Notes under the pieces: model-generated
What the model saw: the letters and a program-made list of their open reading frames with translations, nothing else
What the model was told of the DNA's origin: nothing
The model's database searches: none
Program-made: the position numbers and the translations under genes
Assembly: GCA_964057225.1 (NCBI GenBank)
Contig: OZ059897.1
Span: 9,114,001 to 9,178,000, forward strand
DNA length: 64,000 bases
Origin: Auanema rhodensis
Lineage: Eukaryota; Animalia; Nematoda
Reading direction: 5' to 3'
Part shown: positions 41,481 to 51,317 of the stretch, piece after piece
Position numbering within the stretch: position 1 is the first letter of the stretch
Layout of the letters: each line of letters starts with the position of its first letter

Positions 41481-41598
41481 GCTGACCAACTAATCCTCGA
41501 ATAGAGAGAGAATGTGATGCAGGCAGTCTCTCGTCTTCTTCTGAAACTCTGCTCAAAAAGTAACCTAAACAACTTCTAAAATAGATCATTTAAACTCG

Positions 41599-43430
41599 AT
41601 GTTAAGAGATGATCTTTGTAAAGAAGTCATCAGTATTCTTGATATCCTGAGTAACAATATTAAAAGTCAACAAATTCTCAATTCTCAAGAGCTAAAAGAA
41701 ATGAAAAAGCAAGATCTTTTAACATTTTTAAAAAATCATTTGCAAGTTCAAAAAGCTAAGCTAATTGATCTCAAGGATGTTTTTCCTTTCGAAGATCTCA
41801 TTTTTCAGTGATTATAAAGAAACTAAGAAAGGAGTCGTAAGAACAACAACTTTTCGAAACAAAGGAAAAGATATAAATTTCGAAAAATATTTTGACATTT
41901 TTGATAAAAGAGTGTTTCGTATATATACGAAAAAATAAGTAATTAATCAGTAAACTAAGTAAAAATTAAGGAAATTGGTTTTAAATAGAAAATGAGTAAA
42001 TTCATTTTAAAGTTTATTTCTGCTGTGAGCGGACGTATACAGTTAACGTCATATTTACGTGAACTGATGTATGCCGAATGCTTCACTTTAAATCAGTTCA
42101 CCATTGTGTTCTCATAGCGATCAGTCGCATTTATTAATATTGTATTGCCATTTATTATAAAGTAAATAAATCATATTCTGTATCTTTTTGGAATAAAGAG
42201 GAATAGACTATTTTAAGATCATCATTGCAAAAATTTTGTACTCAATGACATCCGGAGTGATACAACAGTCAAAATATATTTGAAGCTAGAGTTCAAACAA
42301 ATGACGAACTCCATAGAAGAAAAATTTGCTGTAAGATCGGAAACTAAAGAACTGTGCATTGGTGAAGATCGAGAAAAGTGATATCAACATGCATGTCAAG
42401 AATTACGAATGAATATGGATAATTTACAAAAAAAATTCTAAAATTTGTATACATTCTCCTGACAGTAATAAATTGAAATATGATAGCCAAATCGAAGATT
42501 GTGGTAGAAACAAGCCCTGCATGATCCATCTAATTCACGGACCGCTGATGTTGGTTTTTTTCCACAATTTGAAAGTTTATGATTCACATCTGATTGTTGG
42601 TTGTCATTATAGTACTGAAAATTTGAAACAAAAAGGAATTGAATTGGAAAAAAATTCTAGTAATACAGAAAAAGGTATTAGTTTCAGTTATAAGTTACCT
42701 TCTGACAAGGAGGGTGAAAAATATTTTTACAAAAAAGAAATTAGATTTCTTGATTCTTTCTCTTTCATGTCTTCCTCATTGGATAAACTAGTTGAAAACT
42801 TGAGTGATAAAAATCTTCGCCTCAGTAGAAATTATTAGATCTCCCAACAATTCCAATTGATGAGAAAGAAAGGTATCTATCCATATGAATATATAGATTC
42901 TTTCAAAAGATTTGATAAAGCAAAACTCCCAAATAGAGACAAATTTGATGACAAGCTCAATAATAAAAAATGTAAAAGAAAGGATTATCGGTATGTAGTA
43001 AAAGTTTGGAAAAAAATGAAGAGTACTAGTTTAGAAGGCTACACCAGAATTTATATGATCAACGATGTTCTTCGTATAGCAGATGTTTTTGAAAATTTTA
43101 AAAAATTGAGTCTAACTGTTTATGAACTCGATCCTTGTTGGTACTTTACTTCTCCAAGATTATCTTAGGACGTCTTGTAAAAAAAGACTAAAATACAATT
43201 AACAGTTCTCTATGATATAGAGGTCAATCTCGTAATTGAGAAAGGCATTCGAAACGGGATAGTTAATGCTGTGAAAAGATATGCCAAAGTTAACAATAAG
43301 TATATTAAAGGTTTCGGTTTATCAATACTTTCAAATTATCTAATGTACTTGAATGCTAATAATTTAAATGATTGGGCTATATGTCAATTGCTACCTACTG
43401 GAGACTTTCAATTGGAAAATGATTACTTTA
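41599..43430 (+). pseudogene. Protein-primed family B DNA polymerase (Maverick/Polinton pPolB), fragmented and 3'-truncated
   Basis: Motifs FFHNLKVYDSHLI (Exo II), IRFLDSFSFMSSSLDKLV, KGIYPYEY, YMINDV...ADVFENF (Exo III), LDPCWYFTSP, RYAKVNNKY and YLNANNL.DWA.CQ.LPTGDF (Pol motif A) run across ORFs 42473-42838, 42857-43168 and 43271 onward, with stops and frameshifts. The N-terminal part (41.6-42.45 kb) is less certain. Confidence 0.9.
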
Positions 43431-43544
43431 GAAATACAGCACTTATCTTGAAAACTACCTCTCTTTATCAAATAAGGCATTACATACACAATTTCTTAAC
43501 ATTAGGATACTCTAAATCTACTTCGAAAATATATTCTCTTCTAG

Positions 43545-43546
<2 letters not shown>

Positions 43547-43632
<86 letters not shown>
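43547..43632. repeat. (CT)n microsatellite abutting LTR A
   Basis: Visible. Confidence 0.9.
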
Positions 43633-43637
<5 letters not shown>

Positions 43638-44050
43638 AATAAATTTCTTTGCTTTATTCGTAGTCGGTGAGATTCGTAGAATTTACTGTATCGTTGACGT
43701 TCTCTATACCGTTGGTTGGTAGTTACGTTTGTGCGTCTCTTCTCGTCTATGTCAGAAGAGTGATGTGTCTCCGAGTCTGACGGAATCTTAAGAAGTCTGC
43801 AGTCTATCTAACTGCCACGAGCCTCTGAGTCTCTTTATCGACTAGAATTCGTCGAGTCGTGTTCCGTAACAACGATCTTGGACTAACGGATCTCTTATAA
43901 GAAGCCGCCCTTTACTAATACGTGAGTATCAGAACACACAGAAAAGATCACCCCAACTACTTCGCCATTCGGATTTTATATACGTTTACTTGGCGGTAGT
44001 AGTTTGCAAATTTGGTTTCTTTTTACTTGATCTCGTTCCTAAGATCGACA
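43633..44050 (-). mobile_element. LTR A of a Bel/Pao retrotransposon (418 bp)
   Basis: Terminal inverted TGTCGA...TCGACA. On the minus strand it is preceded by CCGCCCCCAG (Bel-type pre-LTR tract) and has AATAAA near its 3' end. Its 3' portion is homologous to LTRs B and C. Abuts (CT)n. Confidence 0.8.
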
Positions 44051-44170
44051 CTGGGGGCGGACAAAAGATAAAGCTGAAAAAGGTAAGATTTTTACTAAAT
44101 GATTATAGAAAAACAAACAAAAACAAATAACTAAAAAACAAAACCCACAAACACAAAGAAACAACAAGAT

Positions 44171-44718
44171 CTATTGGCCGTCTTCCACCTTTCTTTTGAG
44201 CCTATTTCTTCTCATCATGCTTTCAAGTCCGGCTACATGACCAGGGCAGCAGCATAAAGCGTGAGCCCATACTCCAGAATTGCAATGTCTGCACGGCGTT
44301 GGTTTCCGACATTGCCCTGTCTCGTGGTTGGTTTTTTAGCATTATAAACACCTTTTTGTTTCATGAGCGAAGTGGAGCCTCTGGGAGATTGTATTGACTA
44401 TTCTGCATTGATCCGCTGGATGACATTCTTCGCAGAATGGGCAGAATCTTCTTTCCTCCTCCTTCTCTAAATACGTCCATAGCCTCTTGTCGTTTCTTCT
44501 TATCGTGTGAATAATATCTTCGAGCATTCTTTTGATTTGCTTCATCTCGATTTGATCAACGTTCACGTCCTTTTGCTTTGTTTCTACGCGGTGCTTGTGG
44601 TTAACTGCTACCGTCGGACCTTTCGATATCTTTGGTATCTTTGTTATCTTCGGGAATTTGTCATAGTGTTGTCTAGATCATCTAGAATGGCATCGTAATC
44701 CAGATCGATTGACTCCAT
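44171..44718 (-). pseudogene. Bel/Pao 3' accessory ORF with Cys/His zinc knuckles (copy 1, frameshifted, with stops)
   Basis: MESIDLDYDAILDDLD...CPFCEECHPADQC...RCL*C*KTNHETGQC...CRHCNSG...HALCCCPGH. Lies between the pol end and the LTR. Confidence 0.75.
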
Positions 44719-44800
44719 TCTTAAATAGTTATTTTTAACAAAGTTGAACAAGAAAAAACTGTACAAGATAACAAACAATCGCATCTATGAACTGCTGATA

Positions 44801-44982
44801 CTATTGTTGTATCTCTAATGGTACGATGGTATGTACGGATCTCCGAAGGATCCTCCCGCCAGAATGTAAAAGATCTACCGTGCGTGGAGATCGTTCATCC
44901 GGATGCATTTTCATGATCTTGGCTAAGTGCCATCTTGTTTTATCAGTTTTTTGATCAGTGCAAAAAACTATTTCTCCTATTC
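44801..44982 (-). pseudogene. Bel/Pao pol C-terminus (integrase-adjacent DUF5641-like domain), left arm
   Basis: Reverse-complement homologue of 45014-45194, ending ...PLEIQQ*. Confidence 0.7.
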
Positions 44983-45194
44983 GCGGACTTTGACTGGACC
45001 CTTACGGTTCCAAGAATAGGAGATATAGTTTTTTGCACAGATCAAAAAACTGATAGAACAAGATGGCACTTAGCCCAGATCATGAAAATGCACCCCGATG
45101 AGCAATCTCCACGCGCGGTAGATCTACTACATTCTGCCGGGAGGTCCTTCGGAGATCCATTCATACGATCATTCCATTAGAGATACAGCAATAG
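44983..45194 (+). pseudogene. Bel/Pao pol C-terminus (DUF5641-like), right arm
   Basis: PRIGDIVFCTDQKTDRTRWHLAQIMKMHPDEQSPRAVDLLHSAG / frameshift / RRSIHTIIPLEIQQ* fits the P..GD.V...R..W.L.RI...RS...L.PLE pattern that ends Bel/Pao Pol. Confidence 0.75.
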
Positions 45195-45259
45195 GATTAG
45201 AATGAAGATGAGTTCATTGTATTGTACCATTACTGTTCTAAACCTAATTATGTTAAGAA

Positions 45260-45676
45260 ATGGAATCAATAGATCTTGACTACGATGCCATATTAGACGA
45301 CCTGGATCAAACAATCATGAATACCACCAACCTAAGAATTCAAGTTCCCACAAAGCCTATTCCGAAGGTGTCAAAGATCCCGAAAATTCATCAAAACCAG
45401 GCGACAAGGACTAATCAAACTAACCGAGAAGATTACAAACGACGGGAAGTACCAAATGACAACTTGGAAATGAAACAGATTAATAGAATGCTAGAAGACA
45501 TCATCCACACAATCCGAAGAAACGATAAGAAATTGTGGGCATATCTCGAGAAAGAGGAGGAGAGAAGATATTGCCCATTCTGCGAAGAAGCCCATCAAGC
45601 TGACCAATGCCGGATAGTAAATACTATCTCGCAGGGACTGCACAGGGTCATTCTCTATAGATCTCTGTTGTCTTAA
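45260..45676 (+). pseudogene. Bel/Pao 3' accessory zinc-knuckle ORF (copy 2, diverged, internally deleted)
   Basis: 138-aa ORF MESIDLDYDAILDDLD...MLEDIIHTIRRNDK...CPFCEEAHQADQC. Similarity to copy 1 is lost after NTISQ, so the later knuckles are deleted. Confidence 0.75.
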
Positions 45677-45737
45677 CGTGTTACATTCTTTCATATATTT
45701 TCATATTGTTTGTCGTTAAAAAAACTTATTTGTTGTG

Positions 45738-46172
45738 TGTCGTTGTTGATTCCGAAGTAACAGACATCGTAATCAGCAAGAACCCGAAGGCGTAGGAATA
45801 GTTCACGCACTTGTCTAGGAACAGTTAGAAAGCCTGTTTTCCTAGAGACTAATCGCAAAGGCCGTTAGTAGGTTCATAAGGGCGGATCTGTATCAGAGGT
45901 CCGTTTGTCCGAGATCGTTGTGGTAGAACACGAACTCGACGAGCTCTAGTCAAGAAAGATTATTCTTTCCGAGGCTCGTGGCAGTTAGAAAGACTGCAGA
46001 CACCCTAAGATTCCGTCAGACACGGAGACACATCACTCTTTTTCCATAAATAAAAAGAGTAGTGCGAACACACTCGCCAACAATCGAGATACTCGACATA
46101 GTGAACGTACAAGATACAGTAAATTCTACGTATCACATAAATTACGAATAAACAAAAGTAACTTATTCGACA
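45738..46172 (+). mobile_element. LTR B (435 bp)
   Basis: TGTCG...TCGACA termini, AATAAA near the end, direct repeat of 46835-47269, followed by ACA(CT)n. Confidence 0.8.
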
Positions 46173-46238
46173 ACACTCTCTCTCACTCTCTCTCTCTCTC
46201 TCTCTCTATTCTGTCAAATAAAAAACAAACATAAAAAC

Positions 46239-46821
46239 ATCGAAAGGTCCGACGGTAGCAGTTAACCACAAGCATCGCGTAGAAACAAAGCAAAAGGACG
46301 TGAACGTTGATCAAATCGAGATGAAACAAATCAAAAGAATGCTCGAAGATATTATTCACACGATAAGAAGAAACGACAAGAGGCTATGGACGTATTTAGA
46401 GAAGGAGGAGGAAAGAAGATTCTGCCCATTCTGCGAAGAATGTCATCCAGCGGATCAATGCAGAATAGTCAATACAATCTCCCAGAGGCTCCACTTCGCT
46501 CATGAAACAAAAAGGTGTTTATAATGCTAAAAAACCAACCACGAGACAGGGCAATGTCGGAAACCAACGCCGTGCAGACATTGTAATTCTGGAGTGTGGG
46601 CTCACGCCTTATGCTGCTGCCCGGGTCATGTAGCCGGACTTGAAAGCATGATGAGAAGAAATAAGCTCAAAAGAAAGATGGAAGATGGCCAATAGATCTT
46701 GTTGTTTTTTTGTGTTTGTGGTTTTTTTGGTTTTTAGTTATTAGTTTTTGTTTGTTTTGTTTGTTTTTCTATACTCGTTAGTAAAAATCTTACCTTTTTT
46801 AGCTTTATCTTTTTTCCGCCC
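46239..46821 (+). repeat. Near-identical inverted copy of 44055-44627 (zinc-knuckle ORF fragment plus 3' UTR)
   Basis: ORF 46300-46524 encodes the same 74 aa as 44342-44566 on the opposite strand, and both share the TAA-TGC-TAA stops. Confidence 0.9.
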
Positions 46822-46834
46822 TTTTTTTTTTCCG

Positions 46835-47269
46835 TGTCTTTGTTGATTCCGAAATATTAAACATCGTAATCAGCAAGAACCCGAGGGCGTTGGAATAGAT
46901 CACGCACTCGTCAAGGAACAGTTAGAAAGCCTGTCTTCCTTGAGACTAATCGCAAAGGCCGTTAGTAGGTTCATAAGGGCGGATCTGTATCAGAGGTCCG
47001 TTTGTCCGAGATCGTTGTGGTAGAACACGAACTCGACGAGCTCTAGTCAAGAAAGATTATTCTTTCCGAGGCTCGTGGCAGTTAGAAAGACTGCAGACAC
47101 CCTAAGATTCCGTCAGACACGGAGACACAACACTCTTTTAACACAGATAAAAAGAGTAGTGCGAATACATTCGCCAACAATCGAGATTCTCGACATCGAG
47201 AACGTCTAAGATACAGTAAACTCTACGTATCACATAGATTACGAATAACGAGAAGTAACTTATTCGACA
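46835..47269 (+). mobile_element. LTR C (435 bp)
   Basis: Same length as LTR B and highly similar with scattered substitutions. Ends TTATTCGACA, followed by ACA(CT)n...TATTCTGTCAA as after LTR B. Confidence 0.8.
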
Positions 47270-47272
47270 ACA

Positions 47273-47303
<31 letters not shown>

Positions 47304-47308
47304 TCTCA

Positions 47309-47380
<72 letters not shown>
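47273..47380. repeat. (CT)n microsatellite abutting LTR C
   Basis: Visible. Confidence 0.9.
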
Positions 47381-47382
<2 letters not shown>

Positions 47383-48187
47383 ATTCTGTCAATAAAAAAC
47401 AAACAAAAAAACAAAATGTTTTATAAACGTTTCAAACGAATATATACATATACATATTTAATAATAATACAATCATCTATAAAACATTAAATTAATTTAC
47501 AATAATAATTATTATAAAATTATATTTATGCATGTCGTTGATAATCATTGACAGTAGTGAAAACGATATTATTATAATAAATGTTTGCTATATCACATTT
47601 CAGAAAAAGAAAAAGTTTGAAGATGAAGGACAATATTTCCAAAAAAAAAAAGAAAAAAAAAGAAAAAAATTGAAATTCATAAAGCAAGACAACAGACATG
47701 TAATACACTAATTTAGTGAAAAAAGACTTTAAAATCATGTTTTGATCATCATGAATTGCTTCAATATTTCATTTTTTCTTTTTTTTAAAATCATATCGTT
47801 TAACTACATGCGTTTTCTATAAAGTTGTTTTTATATGAGAAAAAAAAGGGAAGAAAATTTCAAAAAATAGAAATCTCGTCAAATCCAAAAAAAAACTTTT
47901 TTGAAAATAGTAAAAAAATAAAAAGAAGAAGCCTATACGTGTAGGCAAAATACATACGTAGATGAGTAACCGTGACAGCAATACTTTTTGTGAATGAGAA
48001 GATGTACACGAATAAGTAGAATACTGTAGAATCTCGTCGGAACTATATTTGGAATATAAAAAATATTTGAAGAATAGAAATATGAATACGATGAATACGA
48101 AGATATACAGGTAAAACAATACAAAATCGCTGAGCAAGGAAAGGAGTTGGTTTTGTGTTTTGATGATCCTGGATAGTGAAGAAGAGT

Positions 48188-51100
48188 TTAGACATCACTG
48201 AAATGAAAAGATCGTTAACTATATGGTTTTTTTGTGTTTATTAATTATATATGTACATATATTGTTATTAAAGTTTTGGAATGATTCAAAACTCAAAATT
48301 CTTCAAAAAAAAAACCATTTTTTCTAATTTGAATTCTCAAAAAAAAATAGTTAAAATGACATTGTGCTACAGTGAAATTCTTGTAAAAACATGGACAAAA
48401 CTGAATTATGTGTTTGAAGTTATAATTATTAAAATTCTAATATATTATATAAAATAATTATACAAATAAAAATGATTTCATAACTTCAAAGGACGAATCA
48501 GGTAGAAGAACATATAGGATGTGCTATGACACGTCACCAAGAGCTTTGGTTCATATGTTTGGCCATGTTGTTACAAGAATTTGGCATTTGTTAAGTATAT
48601 ATATTTAATTTTTTTATATGTTGAAACTCATTTTATCAGTAATTAATTGGTAAAATAAGGAAATGGATTAGCAATATTCTCAATTGAAGCTATTTATTTT
48701 TCAATCGAAATATATGTAACTAGTAGGTAGTGTAAGCTTGGGTGAGATTATGACATAAATAAGATTACATACATAGAGTATAATAGTTTTTTTGAAGACA
48801 TATTAGACAGGCATATGGATATTTTACACATGTAACATGTTTATGAATGAGCATATGATGTCATATATGACTTGCGTCTTCTGATTTCACGTCATAATTC
48901 ACTTTGAAGCTTGCTCATTCGAACTTAATTGAAACTTAAATGGCGAATAGCTTGATCCACAATCATTTTCCTTATTCAACTCAATTCATTAACTGATCAA
49001 ATGAGATATCAGCATAATAAGATGAGCAAGTTAACTGACGATGTCTCCAGCTGATTCTCAAGTATGAACTTGAGCAGTTCCTGCTGCTTACAGCTGGCCG
49101 TTGATGCTGTCTGGCAGATTATCGGCGGAGGTGTTGGTGGTGGCGGAGCATCCGGTAGTGGTGGAGCCGGCGGTGATCGATTTTCCGAGCATATAGACTG
49201 AAGCCAAAAGCTGATAAGGATGATTGAAGAATAATGATTATTAGATTTGAAAGCAGATGATTGATTAGGAGGGGAAAGAAAAGGAAAACTGAGAAGAAGA
49301 TGTAGAAGATGAATGGGAAAAGTCATAGAAATCAAAGATGCTTTTAGAAAGAAGGTTATTAGATTGAATCTGAAAAAGTTAACCAAAAATCTGTAACTTG
49401 TATCGAACTGTGCAGACAAATTCTATTGGACAATTAAGACAAAAAACTTGAATTTTGCTTGAATTTTGTTAAAAAATTCGTGTAATTTGTGAATTATAAA
49501 AGTTAATTTGATAAAAAAATGTGAAAAATAAGTTTGAAAAAAGAAAACAAAAATAAAAGAAAAACACAAAAAAACCATAACCAAACGAAATGTCTAGTTA
49601 GTCTAATTTGAAGATATTAGAAAACCCAAAATTATGAATTAATAATTAAAAAAAAGAAAAAGAAAAAGGACAGAAAACTATATATTAGAACTAGAAAATT
49701 ATTAGTACCTGATCTGATTCTTCGGGTAAATCAAGACTGATGTTAATAGTAGATTCGCTCGGACTTTCATTGACAGCTATAGTAGAGATATGGGTCCTAT
49801 TCATCTAAAGTTAAGCCAAGCAACGTAAGAGCACAAATAGAAACTTGTTTGGTTAAAATTAAACTTCTTTTTCCTTTTTTGTTGTAAAAATAATGAAAAC
49901 AATCTCTAACACTACCCCAACAGATTAGAAAGAAAGTCACAAAAAACATGCAAAGATTCACTATAGTTAAGGATATTTTGTGTAGAAATTTCTTCAAAAA
50001 ATATTGGAAAAATTTAAGAAAATACGAAGAAATTTTGAATTCGAGAGAATAAACTATGTTATACTTACATCTAATGGACAGCCATCAGAAGCAGAGGAGA
50101 TTCCTGATGTTGAGCTTCCGAAAGACTCTGATGAGGCGGCTACAGAGTGAATAGATGTCTGCGAAGCTTGAGAATGACGTCGATTATGCTGAATCTAAAT
50201 GATGATATACGCTACGTTCAACTTCGAACAAATACTCACTTCTCCAAGTTTTGCTGTGATTCGTCGGCTGCTGGCACCCATGGCAGAACTAACGTGATTC
50301 CATGAGAATCTTTTCAAGATTCCGCCCTGAACTACAGCAGCACCCTTTGGCTTCATATCAATAGCATCAGCTGTGTGATAGCGTTTTTCGAATCGTCGTC
50401 CTTGAAGTGGAGGATCTTCGTCTGCGGTGACAAGCAGAGTCGGGGAGCTATGGTTATCCTCTAGACCGTTAACAGGAGTGTTAATTTCTCTACAAAAGAC
50501 AAGTATAAAGACAGAAAGCTCAAAAGCCTGTTACCTGGTATCACCACGTCGAGATGGTGATGGGCTTCGTGAAACACTTTTGCCTCCCTCGATTTCAGGT
50601 CCTGAAGAATTCGACCTAGATCGTGGCCTATCTTCGGTAAAAGTGACAGTTTGAGCTTCAGCTCCAAGAGCCATATGAAGATCAACTGAGCTTCTACTAG
50701 TGCTTAATGGATTAGCAATACAGCTAGCCACACTAAGTTTATGAAGAGGTGGTAGTCGCTGAGGTGAATCCAAACGATCGTTATAACGATTTAATTGTTC
50801 AGTAGATGATACTGTTCCCATTCTATGCATATCTGAAACCAAATGATATAGGTTCATTAATATATGAAATGATCATACGATTCATATGCGCGTGAGCATG
50901 AGCAATAGCAACTGTCTGTGAGTCCATGCTACTGCTCTTACGATGAACTATTGACATGTTTGCCAGATTCTGAGCAACACCAGTGAATGGTCTGAAAAAA
51001 GATAATAAAATACTATTCATATCAATAGATATGATACATACCCTCGAGTAGCATCATCAATAGGGCTATCATGAGGAAGAGTATAAGCTCTGTGCAAATG

Positions 51101-51265
51101 CCGGAACTCATCTCGAGCCATTCCCAACAGTTCTGTCCATTTTCGAGTTTCTTCCACACCACCCGTATGCATCATGTAAAGCTGAGAGCATGTATGGAAC
51201 ACATTCATATGTAACAAGTAGAAACCAGCTGAAACAATGATATGTTAAATCATAAGTTCATGAAT

Positions 51266-51317
<52 letters not shown>

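Larger units (their letters stand above)
40291..43430 (+). mobile_element. Decayed Maverick/Polinton (virus-like DNA transposon) remnant: adenain-like protease, cargo gene and protein-primed PolB
   Basis: Contains a Polinton-type cysteine protease fragment and a fragmented pPolB with Exo II, Exo III and Pol A motifs. Termini and TIRs were not identified, so boundaries are approximate. Confidence 0.85.

Noticed and set aside
43431-43642. C-terminal part of ORF 43271-43642 as PolB
   Set aside because: Similarity ends near LPTGDFQ; the rest is read-through into unrelated DNA and (CT)n.
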